64,000 nucleotides of DNA from Nitrosotalea sp. (GCA_035519555.1 DATIWG010000074.1:1292-65291); one strand, 5' to 3'. Numbered from the stretch's first letter, positions 37,763-47,649 are shown. Program-made: numbers and translations. The notes: generated by a model not told the origin, from the sequence alone.

Positions 37763-38944
37763 GTGCGCATCGAGGTGCTGCTGACCGCGGTGGTGGGCCT
37801 CGGCGCCCTGTCCATCGACATGTTCCTGCCGTCGCTACCCGCGATCGCGGGCGCCTTCGACTCCCGCCCCGCGACCGTCCAGCTCACGGTCACGCTGTTC
37901 CTGATGGCCTTCGCGGCCTCGCAGCTCGTCTACGGCCCGCTCTCCGACCGCTTCGGGCGGCGCTGGGTGCTGATCGGCGGCCTGGCCCTCTACTCGGTGG
38001 CCGGGCTCGCCTGTGCGCTGGCTCCCACCATCGGCATCCTGATCGGCGCCCGCGTGCTGCAGGCTCTGGGCGGCGGGGCGGGGCCGGTGGTGGCGCGCGC
38101 GGTGGTTCGCGACCTGCACGAGCGCGAGCGCGCGGCTCGCGTCTTCTCCTACATGGCCATGGTGCAGTCGCTGAACCCGATGCTGGCCCCGGTGGTAGGC
38201 GGCTACGTCCACGAGAGCTTCGGCTGGCGCGCGGTCTTCTACGTGCTCGCGGCCGCGGGCGCCCTGTTCGTGGCCCTGATGGCCGCGGGCGTCCGGGAGA
38301 CCAATGTCCGGCGCGATCACACCGCGCTGCAGCCGGGGGCAATGGGCCGCAACCTGGCCGTCCTGCTCACCGATCGCGCCTACCTGGCTTACGTGCTGGT
38401 GAACGCCCTGATGTTTGGCGGCCAGTTCGCCTTCATCTCCGGCTCCTCCTTCGTGCTGATCGGCGCCCTCGGCGTCTCGCCGAGCATCTTCGGCCTCTGC
38501 TTCGGCGCCGTCGCCCTCGGCCTCACGACCGGCACCGTCCTGTCGGGCCGCTTCGGGGCCCGGCTCGGGCTCGATCGCACGATCCTCTGCGGCACCACCA
38601 TCGGCGCGGCAGCGGGCCTGGGCCTGGCCGCTCTGGCCTGGACCGGGATCCTCACGGTGGCCGCGATCATCGCCCCGATGTACGTCTTCGCGGTGGGCCT
38701 GGGCCTCACGCTGCCCAACGGCACGGCGGGCGCCGTCGGGCCCTTCCCCCGGATGGCCGGGCTGGCCGCGGCGGTGGCCGGCTTCCTCCAGATGACCGGC
38801 TCCGCGCTCTACAGCGTCGCGGTGGGCCACTTCTACGACGGGACCGCGCGACCGATGACCTCCGCGATCGCGCTCGCCGGCGTGAGCGCGCTGGTCTGCT
38901 TCTGGTGGCTGAGGCTCCGCCCGTCGCGGGGCGTGCTAGCATGA
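37763..38944 (+). CDS. MFS efflux transporter, Bcr/CflA family
   Basis: DMFLPSLPAIAGAF...LVYGPLSDRFGRR, 12-TM profile. Confidence 0.85.
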   Translation: MRIEVLLTAVVGLGALSIDMFLPSLPAIAGAFDSRPATVQLTVTLFLMAFAASQLVYGPLSDRFGRRWVLIGGLALYSVAGLACALAPTIGILIGARVLQALGGGAGPVVARAVVRDLHERERAARVFSYMAMVQSLNPMLAPVVGGYVHESFGWRAVFYVLAAAGALFVALMAAGVRETNVRRDHTALQPGAMGRNLAVLLTDRAYLAYVLVNALMFGGQFAFISGSSFVLIGALGVSPSIFGLCFGAVALGLTTGTVLSGRFGARLGLDRTILCGTTIGAAAGLGLAALAWTGILTVAAIIAPMYVFAVGLGLTLPNGTAGAVGPFPRMAGLAAAVAGFLQMTGSALYSVAVGHFYDGTARPMTSAIALAGVSALVCFWWLRLRPSRGVLA

Positions 38945-39225
38945 GTGCCATGAGCGCGCGACGCGCCAAGATCATCCGCTTGCCGATCCGACCACCGAAG
39001 GCCGCGTCGACGAGCGGGCTCGTCGAGGCCCGGCGCTGCCGGGACCAGGCGGAAGGCCTGGTGGTACGCGGTCTGCTCGAGAGCGAGGGGATCCAGGTCG
39101 TGCTACAGAGCCGTCTCGCGCAGTCGGTGTACCCCTTCAGCGTGGGCGACCAGGCCGAGGTCGTGCTCCTGGTCGCCGCCGCGGACCTGCCGCGGGCGCG
39201 GGCCGTGCTGAAGCGGCGAGCGTAG
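38941..39225 (+). CDS. DUF2007-like (putative signal-transducing) small protein
   Basis: ATG 38941 (ATGA overlap with the MFS stop). EAEGLVVRGLLESEGIQVVLQS...PFSVGDQAEVVLLV resembles DUF2007. Confidence 0.6.
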   Translation: MSAMSARRAKIIRLPIRPPKAASTSGLVEARRCRDQAEGLVVRGLLESEGIQVVLQSRLAQSVYPFSVGDQAEVVLLVAAADLPRARAVLKRRA

Positions 39226-39230
39226 CGTCC

Positions 39231-40010
39231 CTACTTGTAGAACTTCTCCGGGTCGGGGTCCTGCTTGCTGTTGAAGGCCCGGCCCATCTCCTTGGCCTCT
39301 TCCGTGTGGTAGTAGTTCGCCACCAGGTGGTCGATGGACACGCGCGAGAGACCGGTGACTCCGTTGTGGCGGGCGTGGAAGGCGGCCTTGAGCGCGGCGA
39401 GGGCCTGGGGCCCCCGCTTCTTCAACTCCTCGCACATCGCCTCGGTGCGCGCGCGCAGCTCGGCGTGGGGCGCCACGTCGTTGACCAGCCCCATCGCCTG
39501 CGCCTCCCGGGCGGTGTACTTGCGGTTGAGGTACCAGATCTCCTTCGCCCGCTTGCGCCCGACCGAGTCCTCCAGATACCACGTACCGAACCCGGCGTCG
39601 TAGGAACCCATGGCGGGCCCCACCTGCCTGAACGTCGCCTGCTCGCTCGCCACCGTCAGGTCGCACATGTTGGCGAGGACGTTTCCGCCGCCGACCGAGA
39701 AGCCGTTGACCATCGCGATCACCGGCACCGGCATCATGTCGATGAGCGTGTAGAGGTCCACCACCGGCGGCACGTTGTGGTAGTGCAGGAGCCCGTCGTT
39801 GGGCTCCTTCTCGCCGCCGATGCAGAAGAAGCGATCACCGGCGCCGGTGATCACCACCACCCGCACCCCCGCGTCGTTCCGGGCCTCATTCAGGGCGGCC
39901 GTCATCTCGAGGACGGTCTGGCGCCGGAAGGTGTTGCCCTTGTCGGGCCGGTTTATGGTGAGCCACGCGATCTGATTCTTGATCTCGAAGAGGATGTCCG
40001 AGTAGGTCAT
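39231..40010 (-). CDS. crotonase superfamily enzyme, 1,4-dihydroxy-2-naphthoyl-CoA synthase (MenB)-like
   Basis: From ATG 40010. IAWLTINRPDKGNTFR, VITGAGDRFFCIGG, VNGFSVGGGNVL, GPAMGSYDAGFGTWYL, and a C-terminal EEAKEMGRAFNSKQDPDPEKF MenB-like tail. Confidence 0.85.
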   Translation of the reverse strand: MTYSDILFEIKNQIAWLTINRPDKGNTFRRQTVLEMTAALNEARNDAGVRVVVITGAGDRFFCIGGEKEPNDGLLHYHNVPPVVDLYTLIDMMPVPVIAMVNGFSVGGGNVLANMCDLTVASEQATFRQVGPAMGSYDAGFGTWYLEDSVGRKRAKEIWYLNRKYTAREAQAMGLVNDVAPHAELRARTEAMCEELKKRGPQALAALKAAFHARHNGVTGLSRVSIDHLVANYYHTEEAKEMGRAFNSKQDPDPEKFYK

Positions 40011-40033
40011 GGCCGGCTCCTTCGTCGACGACG

Positions 40034-40819
40034 TTATCGGGGGTTGAGGCGGAACAGGCGACGCGCGTTCTCGGTGGTGGCCTCGCCCAGCGCGGCCAGC
40101 GTCACCCCTCGCAGCTCCGCCACGCGCGCGGCGGTGATGGCCACCCACGCGGGCTCGTTGCGCTGCCCGCGATGCGGATGCGGCGGCAGGAACGGACAGT
40201 CGGTCTCCAGCACGAGGCGGTCCGACGGCACGAAGCGGGCCACGTCGGGGAGCGCCTTCGCGTTCTTGTAGGTCACCGGGCCCGCCAGCGAGATCGCGAG
40301 ACCCAGGTCGAGGCAGTGCTTGGCCACCTCCACGTCGGCCGAGAAGCAGTGCATGACGCCGCCGACCTCGCCGACGCGCTCGTCGGCGAGGATCGCGAGA
40401 GCCTCCGGGTGCGCCTCGCGGCAGTGGATGACCACCGGCCTGTCGAGACGACGTGCCATGTCGAGCTGACGGCGCAGCACCGTCTCCTGCACATCGCGCG
40501 GGGAAAGATTGCGGAAGAAGTCGAGGCCCATCTCCCCGAGCGCCACCACCTTGGCCGATCCGCGGGCCAGACGCTCCATCGCCTCGAAGTCGGCCTCGGT
40601 CGCCTCCCCCGCGTCGTGGGGGTGGATACCCACGGTGGCGTAGACATCGGCGAGCGACTCGGCGAGCGCCACCGCGGCCGGGTTCGTCTCCCGGTCCGTG
40701 CCGATGGTAACCATCGAGGTGACGCCGGCCGCGCGCGCGCGCTCCAGCACCGCCTCGAGATCGGCGGCGAGCTCGGGGAAGTGCAGGTGCGCGTGCGTGT
40801 CGAACAGGGGCGCGATCAT
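40034..40819 (-). CDS. tatD: TatD family hydrolase
   Basis: From ATG 40819 (ATGA overlap). LFDTHAHLHF, GEMGLDF, VIHCREA, ETDCPFLPP. Confidence 0.9.
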   Translation of the reverse strand: MIAPLFDTHAHLHFPELAADLEAVLERARAAGVTSMVTIGTDRETNPAAVALAESLADVYATVGIHPHDAGEATEADFEAMERLARGSAKVVALGEMGLDFFRNLSPRDVQETVLRRQLDMARRLDRPVVIHCREAHPEALAILADERVGEVGGVMHCFSADVEVAKHCLDLGLAISLAGPVTYKNAKALPDVARFVPSDRLVLETDCPFLPPHPHRGQRNEPAWVAITAARVAELRGVTLAALGEATTENARRLFRLNPR

Positions 40820-42129
40820 GGCCGGCCGGGCTTCGCGGGCTCCGCTCTCACCTTCATGATCCGAGGACCGTCCATCTCCATGATCGTCCACCGCTGGCCG
40901 TTGGCCTCGATCGTCGTGCCGGGCCGCGGCACCACGCCGAGGCGCTGCAGCAGGAACCCCGCGATCGTCTGGTAGTCCGGCGACTCCTCGAGGGGGAGCC
41001 CGACCTGCTCGCGCAGGTCCCGGATCGTCGCGGTCCCGTCAATCATATAGGAACCGTCGGGCAGCCGGGACACCGACGACAGGCGCAGGCTCTCGCGCTC
41101 GTCCCGGATCTCGCCCACGATCTCCTCGAGCAGGTCCTCGGTGGTCACGAGCCCGGCGACCTGGCCGTACTCGTCCACCACGAGAGCAAGCTGGAGACGG
41201 CTCCGCTGGAACTGGCGCAGCACCTCGCTGACCGGCGCGGTCTCCGGCACGAAGAGGGGCGGGTGCATGAGCCGCTCGAGGTTCACCGGCTCGCCCAGGG
41301 CGGCGCACCGGAACAGGTCCCTGATGACCACTACCCCGATCGTCCCTTCGATGGAGCCCCGGTAGACCGGCAGCCGCGTGTGCCCGATCTCGGCGGCGCT
41401 CTTGAGCACCTGGTCCGGCGGCATCTCGACGTCGAGGCCCAGGATGTTCGGCCGGGGCACCATCACGAGGCGCACCGGAGTGTCGGTGAACTGGAACACG
41501 CGGTTGACCAGATCTCGCTCGGCGGCCTCGAACACGCCCTGCGCGGCGCCCTCACGGACGAGGTACTTGACCTCCTCCTCGGAGACGAGCGGCGCGGTCG
41601 GGGTGTCCCGCATGCCGAGCGCGGTCAGGATCAATCGGGTGGCCCAGGTGAGGACGCGACCAGGGCCGGCCAGCCCACGCACCAGCCGGGCAATGAGGGG
41701 GGCCACCACCGCGGCCCAGCGCTCCGGGTTCCGCAGCGCGAGCGCCTTCGGGGTCAGCTCGCCGATGACCAGCGACACGAACGAGATCAGGAGGACGACG
41801 CTGCCCAGCGCGACCGGGCCGCCCCACTTCTCCGCGCCGGGCAGCGCGAGCCCCTGTAACCGGGGGGTGAGGGCCTCCACCGCGGCGGCGCCGCCCACCG
41901 CGGAGGCGAGCGTGCCCACCACCGTGATCGCGATCTGGATGGTGGCCAGGAAGCGGTCGGGATCCCGCTTGAGCTGCTCCGCCACCGCCGCGCCGGGCAG
42001 GCCCTCGCTCCTGAGCTGGTTCAGCCGGCTCGGGCGTGCGGACACCAGCGCGATCTCGGAGCCCGCGAAGAAGCCGTTGGCGAGGATCGACACCCCGATC
42101 AGCACGATCTCGACCCAGATGCTGTCCAT
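40816..42129 (-). CDS. hemolysin-family/CNNM transporter (DUF21 + CBS pair + CorC_HlyC)
   Basis: N-terminal LANGFFAGSEIALVS, TM region, CBS-like middle, C-terminal transporter-associated domain. Confidence 0.9.
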   Translation of the reverse strand: MDSIWVEIVLIGVSILANGFFAGSEIALVSARPSRLNQLRSEGLPGAAVAEQLKRDPDRFLATIQIAITVVGTLASAVGGAAAVEALTPRLQGLALPGAEKWGGPVALGSVVLLISFVSLVIGELTPKALALRNPERWAAVVAPLIARLVRGLAGPGRVLTWATRLILTALGMRDTPTAPLVSEEEVKYLVREGAAQGVFEAAERDLVNRVFQFTDTPVRLVMVPRPNILGLDVEMPPDQVLKSAAEIGHTRLPVYRGSIEGTIGVVVIRDLFRCAALGEPVNLERLMHPPLFVPETAPVSEVLRQFQRSRLQLALVVDEYGQVAGLVTTEDLLEEIVGEIRDERESLRLSSVSRLPDGSYMIDGTATIRDLREQVGLPLEESPDYQTIAGFLLQRLGVVPRPGTTIEANGQRWTIMEMDGPRIMKVRAEPAKPGRP

Positions 42130-42139
42130 GGCCTTGTCC

Positions 42140-43159
42140 TCAGGGGGTGACGGTGAAGCGCAAGCGGCCGATGAGCTGGCCCGACGTGGTGAGCACGTCC
42201 ACGCGGTAGTGCCCCACGACGGGCGGCCTGGGATCGGTGTAACGGGAATAGGTACGGAAGCCCTGCATGCGCCCGCCCATCACCGGCGTGGGCAGGGCCA
42301 CGTCCGCCAGCATCAGCCGGTCCCGCCACCACACATGACGGATGACCTGCCGCACGCCGGCCGGGGCATACACGGCAGTGTAGGCCGCCAGCTCACCCCA
42401 CTCCAGCACGGTCGCCGCGGACAGGATGCGGCCGTCGACCGGGTCCACCGGCTCGAGGTCGGCGACGCCGCGAGCGACCACCGCGCGGGCCAGGAAGAGG
42501 GGCGCGGGGGGCACCAGTACCCGCGCCGACCAGACCAGCGCGAGCGCCGCCACCGCGGCGGCCAGCGCCATCGCGTGGGCGCGCATCCAGCCGAACCTCC
42601 CCTCGCGACGAAAGGCGGGGGCGAGCGCGAGGGCGGCGAGCACCGCGCTGCCCTCGAGGGCCAGGATCGGGCGCACGCCGACCAGCGGTAGCGCCACGTT
42701 GAGGGCGGCGAAGAACGAGAAGCCGAGCAGCGAGTGATTGAGCCAGGGCCGCGGGTGCACCAGCCGCCGGTACAGCGGATCGATCGCGGTGATCAGCGCG
42801 CCCGCCGCCACCAGGGCCGGGAACACCGCGTTGGCCGAGTCGAGCGTGGCCGCCGCGTAGTAGGCGGGGAGCACGAACAGGAGCAGGTTGTGGTAGAGCG
42901 TCTGGATCGTGTAGTCGGCGGCGGTCAGCACGAGGCGCTTGCCGCGCTCGAGCAGCGGCGCCCGCAGCTCGGTGATCAGCACGAAGAGGAGCCACAGGAG
43001 CAGCAGGTAGCCCACGATCCAGGCCACGTGGGGCAGCCCCCGACGGAAGACCAAGAGCGCGCCGAGACCGAGAACCAGCGACGCGATCGAGACGGGCCAG
43101 CCGCCGAGCCAGCCCACCAGCGGCAGCCGCGGGGCGGGCGCCGCGTCCGGCTCGGTCAC
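42140..43159 (-). CDS. membrane protein with C-terminal DUF2914-like domain
   Basis: Distal part of track ORF 42140..43834 from GTG 43159 (GTGA overlap). Multi-TM, then HVWWRD...GGRMQGFRTYSRY...GHYRVDVLTTSGQLIGRLRF, which resembles DUF2914. Confidence 0.65.
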   Translation of the reverse strand: MTEPDAAPAPRLPLVGWLGGWPVSIASLVLGLGALLVFRRGLPHVAWIVGYLLLLWLLFVLITELRAPLLERGKRLVLTAADYTIQTLYHNLLLFVLPAYYAAATLDSANAVFPALVAAGALITAIDPLYRRLVHPRPWLNHSLLGFSFFAALNVALPLVGVRPILALEGSAVLAALALAPAFRREGRFGWMRAHAMALAAAVAALALVWSARVLVPPAPLFLARAVVARGVADLEPVDPVDGRILSAATVLEWGELAAYTAVYAPAGVRQVIRHVWWRDRLMLADVALPTPVMGGRMQGFRTYSRYTDPRPPVVGHYRVDVLTTSGQLIGRLRFTVTP

Positions 43160-43911
43160 GTGGCCACGGGCTCGATCCGCGCCGGGATCCCCTGCTTTCG
43201 CCAGTAGAAGAGGAACAGCGCGATCGTGAAGAGCGACTGGCTCACCGCCAGCGCGCAGTCGAAGAGAACTCGCGCCACGAAGTGATTGGCGCCGGGCACG
43301 GTCCGGAAGACCTGTCCACCGATCACCGCGAGGCCGAAGATCACCACGAAGAGGACGGCGGCGGTCCAGAAGATGCTCCAGCGCTGGCCGGCGGTGAGCT
43401 CGGCGGCCTGCCGCCACGCGGTGAGCGGCGAGCCGCCACCCAGGACGACCGCCGAATCGACGACCGCGAAGCGGATCAGCAGCAACAGAATGGCCACCGA
43501 CACCGCGGTCAGCACCAGGCCGCCCGCGAGCTGGATCGCGGGGCCGGCCGTGTAGATGCCGAGCCAGCCGAGGGACGGCAGCAGGAGCACCCAGATGATC
43601 GTGAAGCGCACCAGCATCAGGCGGGGCCACGCGGCGAACCCTTCGGCCAGGGCCTGCCAGTAGCTGACCGGCACGCCCTGCTTGATGCGCGCGAGGGCGG
43701 AGAGCATCGCGCTCACCACGAAGGGATCGAGCACCACCTGGGCGGTCAGCACGATGCGCAGCGCGCGCCCGGCCGCGTCCTCGCCCGGCTCGAAGAACTC
43801 GAGGTAGTTGAGCAGCACGTGGATCGGCAGCCACACCGTCAGCGAGAGCAGGGTGAACAGATACAGGTGGCGGGCGAGGAGGTGGAACGTCTCCCCGAGG
43901 ACGGCGCGCAC
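43156..43911 (-). CDS. hypothetical integral membrane protein
   Basis: Track ORF (GTG start overlapping the metG stop by 1 nt). Six hydrophobic helices. No family recognised. Confidence 0.6.
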   Translation of the reverse strand: MRAVLGETFHLLARHLYLFTLLSLTVWLPIHVLLNYLEFFEPGEDAAGRALRIVLTAQVVLDPFVVSAMLSALARIKQGVPVSYWQALAEGFAAWPRLMLVRFTIIWVLLLPSLGWLGIYTAGPAIQLAGGLVLTAVSVAILLLLIRFAVVDSAVVLGGGSPLTAWRQAAELTAGQRWSIFWTAAVLFVVIFGLAVIGGQVFRTVPGANHFVARVLFDCALAVSQSLFTIALFLFYWRKQGIPARIEPVAT

Positions 43912-45842
43912 TACTTGACCTTGGAGCCCGAGGGCACGTCCTTGTCGAGGGTGAGGAGCGACACCGTGCCCTCGTGCGAGGCGGCCAAGACCATGCCGTT
44001 GGACTCGACCCCCATCAAGGTGGCGGGCTCGAGATTGGCCACGATCACGACCTTCCGGCCGACCAGGCTCGCCGGCTCGTAGTGCTCGGCCACGCCCGCG
44101 ACCAGCGTGCGCGTCTCCTCCCCCAACCGGATCGTGAGCTTGAGCAGCTTCTTGGACTTCGGCACACGCTCGGCGGCCAGCACCTCGGCCACCCGCAGCT
44201 CCACCTTCTGGAAATCCGCGATCGGGATCTTCCCGGTCCCTGCTCCCTCGGCCCCCGCGCTCCCCTCACCCTGCCCCCTGGCTCCCTCTCTGCCCGCCTT
44301 GGGGAGAGAGCCGGGGTGAGGGGCCTTCGTATCGATCCGTGGAAACAGCCCGGAGATCTTGTTCACCCGCGGCACCGCGGTCAGCCGCCCCACCACGGCC
44401 GCTTCGAGCGTGGGCGCCGCGGTCTGCCCGAGCGCCTCACGAATCTTGCGGGCCGCGTCCGGCAGGAACGGATCCAGCATGATGCCGAGGAACCCCAGCG
44501 AGTCGGCCAGCGTGCACAGCACCCGCTCGAGCCGCGGTCGCCTGGCGGGATCCTTGGCCAGCGCCCACGGCGCGCTCGCGTCTACGTACCGGTTCACGGT
44601 GCCGATGAACGCCCAGATGCCACCGAGCGCCTTCTGGAAGGCGAATTCCCGCATCGCCCGCTCGACCGCGCTCCGCGCCGTCGTCGCCGCGTCTGCGATC
44701 TCCCGATCCGCCGCCTCGATCGGCGCGGTCACCTGCGCCACGGGCCCGGAGGCGGCGATGAGCGTGGTCGCCCGGCTCGCGAGATTGCCGAGGTCGTTGG
44801 CCAGATCGGCGTTCAGCCGGTCGACGAGCGCCTCCTCGCTGAAGCTGGCGTCGAGACCGAAGTTCATCTCGCGCATCAGGAAGTAGCGGAACGCGTCGTG
44901 GCCGTACTTGTCGGTGAGCTGGAAGGCCTCCACCACGTTGCCGATGGACTTGGACATCTTGCTCCCGCCGAGCGACCAGTAGCCGTGGACGTTGAGCCGC
45001 CGATAGAGCGGGATGCCCGCCGCCTTCAGCATGGTGGGCCAGTACACGCCGTGCGGCTTTAGGATGTCCTTGCCGATCAGATGCTCGACGTGTTCCCAGA
45101 GCCCGCGCGTCTTCTGATTCGCCGGGTCGGACACCGCCGAGTAGTAGTTCAGCAACGCGTCGAACCAGACGTAGGTGACGTAGTCGTCGTCGAAGGGCAG
45201 CGGGATGCCCCACACGACCCGCGACTTGGGCCGGCTGATCGACAAATCCTGGAGCGGCTCGCGCAGGAACCCCAGCACCTCGTTGCGGTACCGCTCGGGC
45301 TGGATGAAGCCGGGGTTGTCCTCGAGGTGCTTGATCAGCCAATCCTGGTACTTCGACATCTTGAAGAAGTAGTTCTTCTCCTTGATGAAGGTGAGCGCGG
45401 TCTGGTGATCGGGACACTTGCCGTCCACGATCTCCTTATCGGTGTAGAAGCGCTCGCACCCGTAGCAGTACCAGCCCCCGTACTCCCCGAAGTAGATCTC
45501 CCCCGCGTCGAAGAGCCGCTGCAGGATCTCCTGCACCACCTTCTTGTGCCGCGGCTCGGTGGTGCGGATGAAGTCGTCGTTGGTGATGCCAAGACGCCGC
45601 CAGGTCTCCTGGAAGACCGCCGCGATCTCGTCCGCGTAGGCTTGCGGCGACACTCCGGCCTTGGCCGCTACCTGAGCGATCCGTTCACCGTGCTCGTCGG
45701 TGCCGGTCAGGAGGTACACGCGGTCGCCGGCCAGACGATGGTAGCGGCACATCGCGTCGGCCATGATAGTGGTGCACGCGTGCCCCAGGTGCGGGCGGGC
45801 GTTGACGTAGTAGATCGGGGTGGTGAGGTAGAAGGTGCTCAT
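43911..45842 (-). CDS. metG: methionine--tRNA ligase (with C-terminal tRNA-binding domain)
   Basis: TPIYYVNARPHLGHA (HIGH), KMSKS, four-Cys knuckle (CYGCERF...CPDH), C-terminal Trbp111-like FQKVELRVAEVLAAERVPKSKKLLKLT. Confidence 0.95.
   Translation of the reverse strand: MSTFYLTTPIYYVNARPHLGHACTTIMADAMCRYHRLAGDRVYLLTGTDEHGERIAQVAAKAGVSPQAYADEIAAVFQETWRRLGITNDDFIRTTEPRHKKVVQEILQRLFDAGEIYFGEYGGWYCYGCERFYTDKEIVDGKCPDHQTALTFIKEKNYFFKMSKYQDWLIKHLEDNPGFIQPERYRNEVLGFLREPLQDLSISRPKSRVVWGIPLPFDDDYVTYVWFDALLNYYSAVSDPANQKTRGLWEHVEHLIGKDILKPHGVYWPTMLKAAGIPLYRRLNVHGYWSLGGSKMSKSIGNVVEAFQLTDKYGHDAFRYFLMREMNFGLDASFSEEALVDRLNADLANDLGNLASRATTLIAASGPVAQVTAPIEAADREIADAATTARSAVERAMREFAFQKALGGIWAFIGTVNRYVDASAPWALAKDPARRPRLERVLCTLADSLGFLGIMLDPFLPDAARKIREALGQTAAPTLEAAVVGRLTAVPRVNKISGLFPRIDTKAPHPGSLPKAGREGARGQGEGSAGAEGAGTGKIPIADFQKVELRVAEVLAAERVPKSKKLLKLTIRLGEETRTLVAGVAEHYEPASLVGRKVVIVANLEPATLMGVESNGMVLAASHEGTVSLLTLDKDVPSGSKVK
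44262..44323. repeat. 62-nt imperfect palindromic GC-rich element lying in-frame in the metG interdomain linker
   Basis: CCCCTCACCC (44262-44271) pairs with GGGTGAGGGG (44314-44323). Inner CTCCCTCTCT (44282-44291) pairs with GGGGAGAGAG (44301-44310) with one mismatch. The element encodes APHPGSLPKAGREGARGQGEG. Confidence 0.45.
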
Positions 45843-45863
45843 GCGTCGAGGTGGCCGGCCGCC

Positions 45864-46751
45864 TCAGGCCGGCTTGATGTGGTCGCGGCCTTCCCAGGTG
45901 AGCTGGGCGAGCGGGACCTCCGCCTCGGTGCCGTCCGGGAAGCCGACCACCACCGATTGCTTCAGCACCCGGAGCGAGCGCACCTTGCCGGTCATGCAGC
46001 CGCCTCCGCCGCAATCGGCCGAGCAGGCGCTGTTCACCCGCGGGAGCCGGGAGCGCAGCTCCTCGTAGGTCGAGAACTCGTAGAGCAGGCAGCACTTGAG
46101 CCGCCCGCAGTTGCCGAGCAGGCGGCTGTCGGTGAGCGGCATGTCCTGCCCCTTCGCCATCTTCACCGAGATCGGATCGAACTTGCGCAGGTGCGACGAG
46201 CAGCAGAGCTGCCGGCCACAGGGGCCGATGCCGTCGAGCAGCTTGGTGGTGTCGCGCGCGCCGATCTGGCGCATCTCGATCCGCGCGTGGAACTCGCGGG
46301 CGAGGGCGCGCACGAGGTCGCGGAAGTCCACCCGCTCCTCGGAGTTGAAGAACACGGTGACCCGCCGACGCGACGGCTCGATCTCCACGTCCACGATCTT
46401 CATGGCCAGGGAGCGGCTCCGCGCCAACCGCTGGGAGGTCTCGACACCCTTCACCTCGCGGGTCCGGCGCTCGCGCCAGTCCGTCACCTCGGCCCCGGTG
46501 GCCCGGCGGACGACCTTGCGGTACATGCGGTCCCGCCTGAACTCGGGGATCGGGCGCCGGGGCCGGCGCACCTCACCCACCGTGGTGCCGCCGCCCGTCT
46601 CCACCACCACGAAGTCGCCCACGTGAAGGTCGGCGGCGGTGGTCTGGTAGTCCTCGGCGAGCAGTGGCTCGCGGAGGCGCACACCGATGAGATAGCGGGG
46701 CGTCTCGTCGACCGCGGCCGCGGCGATGGTGGGTTCCATGGCCTCGCTCAT
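45864..46751 (-). CDS. ricT: PSP1 domain protein (YaaT/RicT-like)
   Basis: PSP1 C-terminal block with Cys cluster GPCGRQLCCSSHL...GNCGRLKCCLLYE. Conserved tmk-holB-yaaT synteny. Confidence 0.9.
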   Translation of the reverse strand: MSEAMEPTIAAAAVDETPRYLIGVRLREPLLAEDYQTTAADLHVGDFVVVETGGGTTVGEVRRPRRPIPEFRRDRMYRKVVRRATGAEVTDWRERRTREVKGVETSQRLARSRSLAMKIVDVEIEPSRRRVTVFFNSEERVDFRDLVRALAREFHARIEMRQIGARDTTKLLDGIGPCGRQLCCSSHLRKFDPISVKMAKGQDMPLTDSRLLGNCGRLKCCLLYEFSTYEELRSRLPRVNSACSADCGGGGCMTGKVRSLRVLKQSVVVGFPDGTEAEVPLAQLTWEGRDHIKPA

Positions 46752-46755
46752 GCGA

Positions 46756-47649
46756 TCACGCGCCCTCTCCCGCGAGGCGCCCCAGCAGCACCTCGACGGT
46801 GAGCCGCGGGGAGACGTTGCCCTGGATGGCCAGCCACGCCTCGCGGCAGTCGCGGAGCGCGCCCGTCACCCGCTCGAGCGAGCGCTCGCGCGCCGCCGTC
46901 ACCGCGTCGCTTCGCAGCATCAGACGCGCGGGAGCGTCGGCGAGGCCGCACAGCAGGTCCCGGTACCATAGCCAGCACGCCTCGACGAAGGTCTCCGCGG
47001 CCTGGCGGTCACGGCCCACCTGCTCGCCGAGCCTCAGGATGGCCTCGACCCCGCGCTCCCGCGCCTCGGCGAGGAGCCGCAGGCTGCCCGCGTGGGCGTC
47101 GGTGCGCACGTCGGGGAGCAACGCGGGCACGCCGTCGGTGAGGCGCGGGCGGAAGCGCACGACCTGGCAGCGGGAGAGCACGGTGGCGGGCAGCGCGCGG
47201 ATCTGCGAGAGGACCAGGACGATGACGGTCTGCGCCGGCGGCTCCTCCAGCGTCTTGAGAAACGCCTGGGGCGTCGCCGCGGTCATCTTCTCGGCCTCAT
47301 CGACGACGAAGACCTTCCACGGCGCCTCCATCGGCTTGAGCGCGGCCAGGCGCTCGAGCTCGCGGACCGTCTCGATCCGGAGAGCGTGGGCGCCCTTCGG
47401 ATTGCCCGCGGGCGGCGTGGGCCCGAGCAGGTGCACGTCGGGATGGCGCCCGCGCTCCACCCGCGCGGCCGCGGGCCCGCCGCCGGGCGCCACCAGCGCC
47501 GACGCGAAGGCCAGGGCCGTCGCCTTGCGACCCGAGCCCTCGGGACCGACGAAGGCGTAGGCGTGGGCCACCCGCGACGTGGCGAGCGCGCGGCGCAGGA
47601 GCGTCACCGCCTCGGGCTGGTCGCGGATGCCCTCAAGCGCCACCGGCAT
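46756..47649 (-). CDS. holB: DNA polymerase III subunit delta'
   Basis: HAYAFVGPEGSGRKATALAFA (degenerate P-loop), VFVVDEAEKMT, TVLSRCQ. Confidence 0.85.
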   Translation of the reverse strand: MPVALEGIRDQPEAVTLLRRALATSRVAHAYAFVGPEGSGRKATALAFASALVAPGGGPAAARVERGRHPDVHLLGPTPPAGNPKGAHALRIETVRELERLAALKPMEAPWKVFVVDEAEKMTAATPQAFLKTLEEPPAQTVIVLVLSQIRALPATVLSRCQVVRFRPRLTDGVPALLPDVRTDAHAGSLRLLAEARERGVEAILRLGEQVGRDRQAAETFVEACWLWYRDLLCGLADAPARLMLRSDAVTAARERSLERVTGALRDCREAWLAIQGNVSPRLTVEVLLGRLAGEGA

